24,267 nucleotides of DNA from a virus (taxonomy: Duplodnaviria; Caudoviricetes): IMG/VR virus record IMGVR_UViG_3300008448_006093, positions 1-24,267 of that record; one strand, 5' to 3'. A program made the position numbers and the translations under genes. Below the pieces are notes generated by a model. It searched no databases, was not told the origin of the DNA, and was given only the letters and a program-made list of their open reading frames with translations. Positions 14,431 through 23,486 of this stretch are shown piece by piece (the stretch's first letter is position 1; every line of letters starts with the position of its first letter).

Positions 14431-15981
14431 TCACAAGATGTTTTCAAGACTGTCAAGTTTTGATTCGTCAAAATCTTCTTGATCTAATTCTTCCCCGATG
14501 CTCTCGACTGTGTCAAACAGAGCGTTAAACATTGTATTGGCATTGCGAGTTTTTTTACCTTTAAACCCTCTAGTACCAATAATGTCCATCCAATAACGAT
14601 CGTAATGCTCGATTATGGCTTCAGATTCATTCCGATCAGTTGTGGCAAATATAGCATCTACTATATCTGCAAATTTAGCGTGGTCACCATTTTCATTCCA
14701 CATCATGTAAGGCCAACATGTGCCAGTATCAAACTCTCTATTGGCACGTTGTACAGCTTCTATGTGTGTCCAGACATTATGGCCCATGAGCAAAGCATAA
14801 CTAAAGCTGTCCCATGAAGTCTTGCCTTCTTTGCCAATCTTGTTAAGGTCGCCTGGCTTGTAGATGCAGATGTCTTTCATGGTCAGTAACTGACTAATTG
14901 GGCTTTCGTCAAAATGTTTCCAGTATCCATCTGCCACAGTAGTTGTGCCATAAGGTCTTGTATCTGTGCTGTATTTTTTGTCATCGGCGCTGGGACTCAT
15001 ACGATAACACCATTTGTCGTTGTGCGGCAAATCAATGTGGTGATATACCTGTCCGTTAGCAGTGGCAAGGAACGGACTAGCACAGTCAAACGAAATAGTA
15101 AAAGACGGATTAACATATTTTCTAATTGCCCGCTGAATCACAGTAAGTAACACAGCCCATTCTAACTTTGATGTTCCCAAGAAGTGCATCCAATCATGTT
15201 TGCCCTCTTGTAACAAGTTGTCGTGACGTAGTGCTACCAGGCGCTTTAATACTAGATGTACGTCACACATGTTTTGTCCACCCATTGACCAACCATCAAA
15301 GTGAGTGTCTGGGTATTTAACAGGGTCGCAGTATTCTTTCATGGTTTGATACCATTCCTCGGCTGAAGTATGATTATCGCCTTGTAGAACGTTTAGGAAC
15401 TTGGCACCACCATTCTTAACACCCTTGCGGTGCTTCATGAAGTATTCGTTGTTGAACTTGGTAGCGTCAACTGCTTCTTGCAGTGTGGTAATTTGGCAGG
15501 CCTTTGATGCCTTCTTGTCGTGAATAACCCAGGTAGGAATATCCAAGATCATGCCATAGTCGGCAACATTGTCCAACCAGTTCAAGATTAGACTTCGTTT
15601 CTTTTGAGCCTTGGCACAACCTGAGTTGGCTTTCCAATCGCCTTCCCACAAGCCCTTGGCAATCTGGAATCCACCCGAGTCACCTAACAGGAATGTACCA
15701 GGTTCACGATTACGTACCATGTCCTCACTCCAGTCCTGCTTGTTCAAGTCCAAATTAGCATGACCGCCCGAATACAAACTCCACTTATAAGGGAACAGTG
15801 CTTTCTGACTGTTAAGCCAATTCATCTGTTCCATGTCAGTTAGGCCTTGCGGCAAACGTGCAGGGTCTACATAATTCTCATTACGTTGTTTGCCCACAAA
15901 GGTGGCGTAGAAGCCACTGATAGCTGGCAAGAATACAGCGTAATCTTTTTGGTTAGCGGTTAAATTATTTTCCGGAGTCAT
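14431..15981 (-). CDS. dpdA: tRNA-guanine transglycosylase-family protein, probably the DNA 7-deazaguanine insertase
   Basis: LGDSGGFQ, MILDIP, NVLQG, GWSMGG, HFLG and SFDCASP. There is no CxCxxC Zn motif of bacterial Tgt, and it is clustered with folE/queD/queE. Confidence 0.8.
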   Translation of the reverse strand: MTPENNLTANQKDYAVFLPAISGFYATFVGKQRNENYVDPARLPQGLTDMEQMNWLNSQKALFPYKWSLYSGGHANLDLNKQDWSEDMVRNREPGTFLLGDSGGFQIAKGLWEGDWKANSGCAKAQKKRSLILNWLDNVADYGMILDIPTWVIHDKKASKACQITTLQEAVDATKFNNEYFMKHRKGVKNGGAKFLNVLQGDNHTSAEEWYQTMKEYCDPVKYPDTHFDGWSMGGQNMCDVHLVLKRLVALRHDNLLQEGKHDWMHFLGTSKLEWAVLLTVIQRAIRKYVNPSFTISFDCASPFLATANGQVYHHIDLPHNDKWCYRMSPSADDKKYSTDTRPYGTTTVADGYWKHFDESPISQLLTMKDICIYKPGDLNKIGKEGKTSWDSFSYALLMGHNVWTHIEAVQRANREFDTGTCWPYMMWNENGDHAKFADIVDAIFATTDRNESEAIIEHYDRYWMDIIGTRGFKGKKTRNANTMFNALFDTVESIGEELDQEDFDESKLDSLENIL

Positions 15982-16318
15982 CTATTTCTTCTTTTCTACA
16001 CAACACTTCTAGCATTTTAAACTTATCGTGCAACTCTTGCAAGCCAGGATGCCGAGACATTAGCTCATTTAATTTTTGTTCTTCTTGCATTTTTGCATTG
16101 GCCCAGCGCAGAGCTTGTTCGGCATCCCAGGAAAGACTAATCATGGGTTGCGTTGAATGTATAGTGAGCCAACTATTTCCATCATTGATTTCGAACTGTT
16201 GCATGTTTGAATTGTAACGGACCATGCCAGCGCCATTACTACCGGGGCTTACATACGGATAACTCACTGTTGAGTTTTGTACTGTGATACCATATCCGCC
16301 AGTGATACTTTTAATCAT
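15965..16318 (-). CDS. hypothetical protein
   Basis: 117 aa; GMVRYN...FEINDGNSW segment followed by a helical C-terminus. Confidence 0.7.
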   Translation of the reverse strand: MIKSITGGYGITVQNSTVSYPYVSPGSNGAGMVRYNSNMQQFEINDGNSWLTIHSTQPMISLSWDAEQALRWANAKMQEEQKLNELMSRHPGLQELHDKFKMLEVLCRKEEIDDSGK

Positions 16319-16934
16319 AAAATTTTACCTTGTTGATAAGTTTGTAATCTTCGTGAAAATAGTTTTTAACAGCATCACAGTATTTAGAATTTTCTTCTAC
16401 AATAGATGAAAAAAAGTTTTTAAACTTTTGTCTAGGCGGAGAATCTTCACTGGTGTGTTGATAATCATATCTGGTATAATCTCTAGAAATGCCGTGACTG
16501 TTCAAGAACTTTGTAAATTTTTCTCTGTAGGTATTGTCGCACCGGAACCAAACACAATTAGACAAATCTAAACCTTGTAAAAAATAAAGCTGGCGTTCTG
16601 TGTGATCATCAAAAGCTATTCTATCAAATATCAGATCTAAAAACCCCTTATCGTAGCGGTGTTTTTCAATGTCTAGTTCATTATGATAAAGGGCAAAATA
16701 CTCTGCAATACCCGATAGCCAGCGATTGAGAGGATCACGCAGAACAACCATAGCTAACTTATTGTTTAACTTATCTGTACGAAAATTATAAAATTCCCAT
16801 TGCCAATCTAATAAGTTAGGTTTGGTCCACGAACTGGCATTTTTAGGAATGTGTACATACATGAGAGGTACAGCCGGGTGGCTCATACACTCTCCTATAG
16901 AATGCCCTTTGTGAGACCAATAATCAAATGTCAC
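16311..16934 (-). CDS. sulfotransferase-family protein (Sulfotransfer_2-like)
   Basis: YVHIPKNASS (5'-PSB), VVLRDPLNRWLSG (3'-PB), DHTERQ and YFHEDY. Confidence 0.7.
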   Translation of the reverse strand: MTFDYWSHKGHSIGECMSHPAVPLMYVHIPKNASSWTKPNLLDWQWEFYNFRTDKLNNKLAMVVLRDPLNRWLSGIAEYFALYHNELDIEKHRYDKGFLDLIFDRIAFDDHTERQLYFLQGLDLSNCVWFRCDNTYREKFTKFLNSHGISRDYTRYDYQHTSEDSPPRQKFKNFFSSIVEENSKYCDAVKNYFHEDYKLINKVKFYD

Positions 16935-17662
16935 TTGGTTAGTGCAGGTAGAATGTAATTGTATTCAGCAACACCAGAATCTACAGTAATCTGCGAAGCA
17001 CCTTCGTCACTGATCATGAATGTTTTGTCACCAGGCAAAGCAAGAATGCTGATTACCGCAGAAACAGGCCATGACCAAGGCTTGCTTAATGTTCCGCTGA
17101 CGTTTTGTTCAAACACAAAATTACCAGCATGACTACTGTGATCGCCAAAGTAAAAAGTTAGATTACCATTTTCTGTTTTTGCAATAAATGAGTTTTCTTC
17201 ACTGTTGGCTTGTGCCTGGAACCGTAGACGTTGAATGTTAAGTACACTAGGATTGAATTGAACATTCCATTTAACACCTTTAAACTTAAATGTCTTAAGT
17301 TTTTCATTAATGATTTCGCTAGTCATAAAGCGATAGTCATTTTTAAAGTCTCCGGCCTTGTTTTCAAAGTGAATACCAACCGGAACTTCGTTGCCATCTT
17401 TGGCCTGTTTATTAATGCTTAGTTGAGCATTTTCTTTATATTCAGGAATATTAAGAATAGTGTTTAGCTTGCCCAGGTTAGGCATACCAAACACACCAAT
17501 AAACTCGGGTACAGGGTTTTTAAATTTGGCCTGTAAAATGACACTGCGGTCTTCTGCAATAGCATCGACTGTGGTACCATTTTCGTCACCAGTTATTTTA
17601 ACTAACTCAATAAATCCTAGTCCATGAGTATGTTGGACTATTTCTTGCAAGATATCTTTCAT
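16931..17662 (-). CDS. DNA polymerase sliding clamp (gp45/PCNA-like)
   Basis: About 243 aa with a two-domain alternating beta/alpha pattern ending YNYILPA; near the PolB gene; GGAGG SD before MKDIL at 17662. Confidence 0.7.
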   Translation of the reverse strand: MKDILQEIVQHTHGLGFIELVKITGDENGTTVDAIAEDRSVILQAKFKNPVPEFIGVFGMPNLGKLNTILNIPEYKENAQLSINKQAKDGNEVPVGIHFENKAGDFKNDYRFMTSEIINEKLKTFKFKGVKWNVQFNPSVLNIQRLRFQAQANSEENSFIAKTENGNLTFYFGDHSSHAGNFVFEQNVSGTLSKPWSWPVSAVISILALPGDKTFMISDEGASQITVDSGVAEYNYILPALTK

Positions 17663-17683
17663 TGTTTCCTCCATTGATAATGT

Positions 17684-17712
17684 ATTGTACAGATTGTATT
17701 TAGAAAAATCAA
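17684..17712 (-). promoter_or_regulatory. sigma70-type promoter with a nested late-type TAAATA
   Basis: TTGATT (17712-17707), 17 bp spacer, TACAAT (17689-17684); the spacer contains CTAAATACA. Confidence 0.7.
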
Positions 17713-17716
17713 CCTA

Positions 17717-18646
17717 TTAGGTATTATTAATAGGCCTTACTTGTGCCAATGCCTGGTGTGCTTTTACTGTTGACAATTGACCGGGCTTGCGTAATTCAAT
17801 CCAGCTGACTGTTTCCTGCATTAAATTATTATCAAGCACTTCAAATCCGATCATCTCAGCCAACGGAATCAGCATGCTCCTTGGCACGTAGCTCATATAG
17901 TATTGTTCAGCAAAGTCGGCACAGTAGGGAACATCGCCATCATTGTAACTGAACATAAAAACTCCACCGGGTCTCAAGACCGAAAAGACAGAATTCAAAT
18001 ATTGTCTAACAGTTTCAAAACTAAAATAGTTAAAAGTATTCCAGCTAAACACAAACCCAAATTGTTTCTGTGGCAACATAGACAAATCGCCACTGCTGAT
18101 ATGATATGGTCGCACACGCCGTTGGTATACTTCTCCAAATTGTTTTAAACTTGAATCTAAAAATTCTTGAAAAATATCAACAATGTACAAAGGGTCACAG
18201 GTTACTAATTCTTTAGTCCACTCTCCGTCGCCGGGTCCAATTTCTAATCCAGGATAACGCCAATCACAGTAATTGTATAATTTAGACAATACTGCCGCAC
18301 GAGTGTCCGGTTTTAGTTCCAGCTTCCTTGCTTCTCGATTGCCCGGCACACCGTACTCTAATTCCAACTCATAACTAGTAGTAAAATATTCTTTGGTTTT
18401 TCTTGTTATGTGTTCGTTTATTTCTTTGTAGATTTCGTCTATCTCAGGTCTGAATTCCTGTGACAATGATTTTAAATTTTCATAAAAGTCAATTGATTTA
18501 GTAATATGATTTTGATAAATTAGATCAACATCATAATCGGCATTAGATAGACTTTTCTGTACTTCTGCAATTGACAAGTATACGCCTTCGTGCCCGTATA
18601 TACGTTCAAGATCTTTTTTAAGTTTGAGTAGTCTAGATAATTTCAT
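17717..18646 (-). CDS. class I SAM-dependent methyltransferase with a helical N-terminal extension
   Basis: LEIGPGDG, IVD, FVFSWNTFNY and LRPGGVFMF. Confidence 0.8.
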   Translation of the reverse strand: MKLSRLLKLKKDLERIYGHEGVYLSIAEVQKSLSNADYDVDLIYQNHITKSIDFYENLKSLSQEFRPEIDEIYKEINEHITRKTKEYFTTSYELELEYGVPGNREARKLELKPDTRAAVLSKLYNYCDWRYPGLEIGPGDGEWTKELVTCDPLYIVDIFQEFLDSSLKQFGEVYQRRVRPYHISSGDLSMLPQKQFGFVFSWNTFNYFSFETVRQYLNSVFSVLRPGGVFMFSYNDGDVPYCADFAEQYYMSYVPRSMLIPLAEMIGFEVLDNNLMQETVSWIELRKPGQLSTVKAHQALAQVRPINNT

Positions 18647-18649
18647 TGT

Positions 18650-21313
18650 TTACTCCCAACTAAACAAACTGTCAAATGTTGTTGTAATCTGTGTGTTTTC
18701 GTCAATTTGCCAACTTAACACACCTAGCAAGTTTTCAACCTTTTGATTAACCACACTACTCTCCATTCCGTCATCGTCAAACGGCAAGTCTTTAAACCAT
18801 TGCGGAATGTGTGACTCGTCGGTTGGATACCCAACACTGGTATATCCCAATGGGTTATCTTTTAACTTACACACAATGGTTTTCATTCCGTCCACAATTG
18901 CCATACTGTAATTATCGCCGTGCATGCGTTTTAAATTATTCCAATTCATTGCCGCACGTACATGTCCGGGCATGTTGGCTTTGCCTAGTCTTTCTTCTTC
19001 TTTAGAGTACTTGGTCAAGTTGTTAACACGTTTGGGCGTGCCTTTTTCCCAAGCCGGTCTTTCTTTGAACGCTAGTTTAAATTCGCGAACTTGGTCATAA
19101 ATTTCTTCTTTTTGTGTTCCTGTGAGAACCTTTAGCAACAGCTCACTTAAAAACTCTTGAATTACTTTAGGTGTGTCTGACCGTTTAAGATCTAGTCCCA
19201 TGGCTTTAACTTTGCCAGGTTTACCGTTTGTGTCTAATCTGTTGCCTTCTAGATCATAGATTAGTACAGCATAACGCTTCTTCTTAATAAACAGACCTTT
19301 TTCTGCAACCAGTTCTCGACCGCCTTTGATTAAACTGCCCATCTCTCTAGGACAATGAAATGCTTTTTCCATGAATCCGGGAAAACTGTCATTCACACTC
19401 TCGGCAATGGTATCGTATAGCTGTACACAGATGTCTTTGTTCCACTCCATGCGTCCAGCTTCAATTTCTTCTTTGAGAATAGAATAGGCACTGAAATACA
19501 CACTATCAGTGTCTCCATAGATAATAGCTTTGCCAGTATGATCGTATTCTCCGGTGATGCATTCGTTTACATGACTGTCCATGTGGTGAGCAATGGCGCG
19601 ACCTGTTAGTGTAGTACTTTGTCCGATACGTTTGTCAAAGAATCTGCAACCAGGATTCAAAATAGCACCATACAAACTGTTCAAGTTAATCTTCTTAACT
19701 AGCTGACGTTTGTCCCAAAAAGATTTTTCTTCGGGAGTGGTAGCATCCTTCTTCTTGGCCTGCATCTCTTTACGTTCAGCATACCAACGTTCCAACAAGC
19801 CTGGAATGATACCTTTCTTCTCGTAAGTCATTATGGTGCCATTGGCAGTGAGTATCCAAGGTTGTTGGCTATCAAACATCATATGCCATACGTCTGCGGC
19901 ACTGTGTACAGTTGGCTCTTGGCCCTCCCAGTCAATGGTAATTTCAGTACCGGGCTCCATGTTCATTACAGCAGTATACTCTAGGCAGGCAAATAAACCT
20001 TCCCATGCATATGCAAAGTTGTCACTATTCTGTGACATTTTTTCTTTAATATAATGATCAGTCATTATCGGTCGGAGTTGTCCAACAATGGTTTCTGGAC
20101 CCATGTTAAGGGCGCGAATAGCCGAGGGATAGAGCGAGTTGATGTCAATTGCTCCGATGTATTCGTGGATGCCTTTTTTGGGATAAGCAACATAGGCACC
20201 TGCGGCTTGTGTTTCACCTTGATCATCTCGATTTCTCCTATTTTGAACAATCATACCACGACGATGAGCTTCATTGATAATAGCCTGTTCAGTTACGGCA
20301 ACTGCCCCCATGGTAGTTGGTAACAGTACAGTATTGTCATGAGCCAGTTCATTGGCCAAATCTAAGAATCTTAATTTCTTATCCATTTTGGCCAACAACA
20401 TTGTATCCTGTCTATTGTAATCAATAAACTTGGGAAAATCTTTATTGTATAGTTGATCGAGGGTTCCCTCGTAAGCAATCTTGCGTTCGTCTAGTTCGTA
20501 TTCGCCAATGGCATCAAGCGAATAGCTATGACGTTCTTCGTATGTGTACTTGCGGTACAGTTGCATATAGTCCATATGCACACGACCAATCAAGTCAAAG
20601 GTAATGTTCTCTGCGCCAAATCTTTCAAATGTGCGCTGTTTGGGCATTTGTCCCCAGAGACAAAATCTACGGCAGTCATCTTTGCTCAGTACACGCTTGG
20701 TACGCATGACCATGTAAGGAATATCAAAGCCTTCACTGTTCCAGCCACTGAGTACGTCTGCATCTTCAATTAGATCAAGAAATGTGTTTAACATTTCTTC
20801 TTCACGCTCAAAGAGATAACAGTTTTCAAATTTATTACAAATCTCTTCTGCCGACTCCCAACTGTAGCTCTTGGGAGGAATCACCAAGGTAATCATTTTA
20901 TCCATCCAGTCTAAGTATACTGATATGGCTGTTATTGGATTAAATGGATCTTCTGGTCGACTATAGCCACGCTCGGGGTCAAAGTCAACTTCAATATCAA
21001 AAAAGGCTACATTTAGTTTAGGGGATTCTGTACCCGAATAGTTTTCTTCCAAGCATCTAAAGATAGGATTAATATCACTTTCCCAAAGTCTCTTGCCAGA
21101 ATTGATCTTTAGTTCTTTATGATACTCTTTGCTGTTTCTTGTGCTGAAACGACTGACAGGTGTATCATAAATTGTTTTGTACTTGCCTCTGGGATCGTCG
21201 TAATAAAATACATAGTTGGCTGGATATTCTTTATATACTCTTTGGCCATCATAACGTTCCACTACGTGAATTTGATCTTTTGCTCGATCAAACAATGCAT
21301 CAATATAACTCAT
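18650..21313 (-). CDS. family B DNA polymerase (T4 gp43-like) with 3'-5' exonuclease
   Basis: FDIEV, GWNSEGFD, YNRQD, DINSLYP, KKINLNSLYG, YGDTDS and KKRY; uninterrupted. Confidence 0.97.
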   Translation of the reverse strand: MSYIDALFDRAKDQIHVVERYDGQRVYKEYPANYVFYYDDPRGKYKTIYDTPVSRFSTRNSKEYHKELKINSGKRLWESDINPIFRCLEENYSGTESPKLNVAFFDIEVDFDPERGYSRPEDPFNPITAISVYLDWMDKMITLVIPPKSYSWESAEEICNKFENCYLFEREEEMLNTFLDLIEDADVLSGWNSEGFDIPYMVMRTKRVLSKDDCRRFCLWGQMPKQRTFERFGAENITFDLIGRVHMDYMQLYRKYTYEERHSYSLDAIGEYELDERKIAYEGTLDQLYNKDFPKFIDYNRQDTMLLAKMDKKLRFLDLANELAHDNTVLLPTTMGAVAVTEQAIINEAHRRGMIVQNRRNRDDQGETQAAGAYVAYPKKGIHEYIGAIDINSLYPSAIRALNMGPETIVGQLRPIMTDHYIKEKMSQNSDNFAYAWEGLFACLEYTAVMNMEPGTEITIDWEGQEPTVHSAADVWHMMFDSQQPWILTANGTIMTYEKKGIIPGLLERWYAERKEMQAKKKDATTPEEKSFWDKRQLVKKINLNSLYGAILNPGCRFFDKRIGQSTTLTGRAIAHHMDSHVNECITGEYDHTGKAIIYGDTDSVYFSAYSILKEEIEAGRMEWNKDICVQLYDTIAESVNDSFPGFMEKAFHCPREMGSLIKGGRELVAEKGLFIKKKRYAVLIYDLEGNRLDTNGKPGKVKAMGLDLKRSDTPKVIQEFLSELLLKVLTGTQKEEIYDQVREFKLAFKERPAWEKGTPKRVNNLTKYSKEEERLGKANMPGHVRAAMNWNNLKRMHGDNYSMAIVDGMKTIVCKLKDNPLGYTSVGYPTDESHIPQWFKDLPFDDDGMESSVVNQKVENLLGVLSWQIDENTQITTTFDSLFSWE

Positions 21314-21318
21314 TTATT

Positions 21319-21390
21319 CTCCAAGTGCGACTTCTAGCTCACACACACTCTACTTGCTGTTTATAGTACAGCGGAACTATAGCATATTTA
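21319..21390 (-). promoter_or_regulatory. structured leader of the DNA polymerase gene: TAAATA, pseudoknot, then SD-proximal hairpin
   Basis: TAAATA at 21390-21385; UAUAGU/ACUAUA interleaved with GCUGU/ACAGC; GUGUGA-GCUAGAAG-UCGCAC 2 nt before GGAG. Confidence 0.6.
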
Positions 21391-21678
21391 TAAAAACAAC
21401 ATCCTGGCCAACGCAATACTGTCAATACCAACCAACAGCAAGTAGTTGGCCAACATTCCAGAACTGCGTCTAGTCCAAGCCGCCCATGCAAAAATTGCAC
21501 ATTGCAAAATGAACAGCGGATAAAGAATTAAGAACGGCGGAGTTGGTACTGTAAGCATCATGGTAACACTACATCCGATGCTGAGAAACCAGGCTAGTAT
21601 TTCTAAAACGCAACGTACCGGGTTACTACGCCAGTCTTGTTTAATCCAATTGGATATGCCAGACAATAGAGTTTTCAC
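21388..21678 (-). CDS. membrane protein (about 3 TM helices)
   Basis: Three hydrophobic segments in 96 aa. Confidence 0.75.
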   Translation of the reverse strand: MKTLLSGISNWIKQDWRSNPVRCVLEILAWFLSIGCSVTMMLTVPTPPFLILYPLFILQCAIFAWAAWTRRSSGMLANYLLLVGIDSIALARMLFL

Positions 21679-21935
21679 AGAGTCTTGCCAACAGTTTCTA
21701 AAATAGTATTTAGATCATCGTGGTCTCGATTTGTCTCACCGAGTTTGGCCTTGTGTGCAATTTTAACAGCTTTTTTAAGTACAGCTGGTTTAATTTCTAA
21801 TTCTTCAGCAATAGCTTTGATGGTGTCATTGAGACCGGCATTGAGATCATCGACTTCATGCAATACCTGCATGCCTTCGTTAATCAATTGTGTAAGTTTG
21901 GCTTTTTGTTCGCCGCTGAACATTTTTGATGTCAT
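21675..21935 (-). CDS. dsbA: T4 DsbA-like / GapR-like dsDNA-binding protein
   Basis: LTQLINEG...DTIKAIAEELEIKPAVLKKAVKIAHK pattern; AAGGAG SD. Confidence 0.7.
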   Translation of the reverse strand: MTSKMFSGEQKAKLTQLINEGMQVLHEVDDLNAGLNDTIKAIAEELEIKPAVLKKAVKIAHKAKLGETNRDHDDLNTILETVGKTL

Positions 21936-21958
21936 AGATAATCACTCCTTAAAGTTAA

Positions 21959-21994
21959 ATTATATATGAAAGATTCTAGAAAATCAAATATTTA
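21959..21994 (-). promoter_or_regulatory. sigma70-type promoter preceded by TAAATA
   Basis: TTGATT (21987-21982), 17 bp spacer, TATAAT (21964-21959); TAAATA at 21994-21989 overlaps the upstream stop codon. Confidence 0.7.
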
Positions 21995-22219
21995 GGCTGT
22001 CACAGTGCCAATATAATTGGCTTCTTTGACCTGATAGCCTTGTTTTTTATAATGGGCCATGGCCCGGCTTACTGCTTCTTCTTCGGAGTCGGCCACAACT
22101 CGAATAATTTTTTGAATTAATGTATTTCTCTGCGTAACTGCTGTGGCACCTTGGTCAACTACTGTAACACTGACGCGATGTTTAGTAGTTATAGGATCTG
22201 TGATTTCAAGTAAAAACAT
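21992..22219 (-). CDS. hypothetical protein
   Basis: 75 aa. Confidence 0.65.
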   Translation of the reverse strand: MFLLEITDPITTKHRVSVTVVDQGATAVTQRNTLIQKIIRVVADSEEEAVSRAMAHYKKQGYQVKEANYIGTVTA

Positions 22220-22221
22220 AA

Positions 22222-23010
22222 TTAACCTTGTGCCTTTTTCAATTGGTCTGCGATATCTTTGGCATTGGCCTGTTTAGCTGTTGTAGCAATGCTAGAACTA
22301 GACGAAGGGTTTTTTAATAGATCAGCCAGGATTGGAGCCAACTTACTAATTTGATCTTCTTCGCCAGGATTCAACTGTTGGCCTGAGTCAGCCTTGTCTA
22401 ATGCAGATGTAGTTTTTTGTATGTCCAATCCTTTAGCACTCAAAGGTTTAAGTTTTTGTACACTTTGTTTCAATCTGTCTAGTTCTAATTTATCTTTTGG
22501 ATCAATTGTTTGTTGTGCTGTTCCGGTACCGGCAGTTGCTTGTGCATTTGGACCAATCGCTGAACCATTTGCTCCGTACTCGTCGATCTTGTGGCCAACA
22601 ACTTCTTCATACTTGTCCATGCTTAATACATTACCGCTGGCAGAAAGTTGTACTAGTTTTTCGGCTATGCTGTGAAGGTCAACATCGCTCTTGGCATCTT
22701 CGCGAGCAAATTCAAGTAGTCTAATCATTAACGGAACATCTACTGCAATAACGTCGGGCAAATTACCTTCGCCTGGACCGCCAGTGGTTTTGAATTCTTC
22801 AAATTCACGAGCTAGTTTTCTTGTGGGGTCGGGGGAACGCAAAGAATCTTCAAGTTCGGCCAAAAGATTTTCGCCTACTAGACGATTTTTAAAAGGGTGT
22901 GCCTTATTATAAGGTTTTGCCTTTTCTGTGCCACGTACTTGATCGCCGGGTTTTTGTTCTGGTTCGCCGGCAAATTTATGCATGGCTTCTAGTAGGTGTT
23001 TCATGTCCAT
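22222..23010 (-). CDS. hypothetical protein, possibly head-packaged
   Basis: 262 aa, modular and low-complexity, with several (L/I/V)xE sites. Confidence 0.7.
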   Translation of the reverse strand: MDMKHLLEAMHKFAGEPEQKPGDQVRGTEKAKPYNKAHPFKNRLVGENLLAELEDSLRSPDPTRKLAREFEEFKTTGGPGEGNLPDVIAVDVPLMIRLLEFAREDAKSDVDLHSIAEKLVQLSASGNVLSMDKYEEVVGHKIDEYGANGSAIGPNAQATAGTGTAQQTIDPKDKLELDRLKQSVQKLKPLSAKGLDIQKTTSALDKADSGQQLNPGEEDQISKLAPILADLLKNPSSSSSIATTAKQANAKDIADQLKKAQG

Positions 23011-23011
23011 G

Positions 23012-23461
23012 TTAATATACGCCTTTGCCTGTGGGCACCTTGGATCTACTAATTACATTGCCAATTTTTTTAGGAATACCATTTGATGGCTTTCCGCCTC
23101 TGATTGGAGTAACTGCAACAGCAATAGACGAGGAAGAAGTATTCTCTACTAGACTGTTAAATTTATTTTCTATAGATTCAAAACTCACTGTCGGCAGTTC
23201 TTGTTCTTGCCCGGCTGTGTGTTCATAATGCAGATAGTCTCTTACAGTTTTTAAATAATCAGCGGCCAAGGTAAGTTTCTCACTTACCCAACCTTCTAAT
23301 CCATCTATTTCAGTTATGTTTTTTAACAGGTGATGTAGTTCAATTGCGGCCTCGGCGGCATTATAGCAGTCCTGACGTGCCATTTGCACTTCGTGATCTT
23401 TGTGCATACTTTGGGCACCGTCGACAATTTGATTTTCTACAATAAAGTCTGTTGTTTTCAT
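23012..23461 (-). CDS. hypothetical protein, possibly head-packaged
   Basis: 149 aa; DHEVQMAR...LEGWVSEKLTLAADYL core; AAGGA SD; TAAATA upstream. Confidence 0.7.
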   Translation of the reverse strand: MKTTDFIVENQIVDGAQSMHKDHEVQMARQDCYNAAEAAIELHHLLKNITEIDGLEGWVSEKLTLAADYLKTVRDYLHYEHTAGQEQELPTVSFESIENKFNSLVENTSSSSIAVAVTPIRGGKPSNGIPKKIGNVISRSKVPTGKGVY

Positions 23462-23480
23462 TTTTATATCCTTAATATAC

Positions 23481-23486
23481 TATTTA
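23481..23486 (-). promoter_or_regulatory. late-type promoter TAAATA overlapping a stop codon
   Basis: AATAAATA about 20 nt upstream of ATG 23461. Confidence 0.5.

Noticed and set aside
3444-20250. Nested minus-strand alternative-frame ORFs (3444..3638, 4528..4803, 5199..5477, 12505..12732, 12975..13262, 15467..15649, 20065..20250)
   Set aside because: They lie wholly or almost wholly inside better genes and have no motif support.
18650-21313. Intein or intron in the DNA polymerase
   Set aside because: The length is normal (887 aa) and all motifs are contiguous.
66-23228. All plus-strand ORFs in the track (e.g. 66..434, 1138..1521, 4539..4871, 4868..5290)
   Set aside because: They are antisense shadows of well-supported minus-strand genes, with no recognisable motifs.
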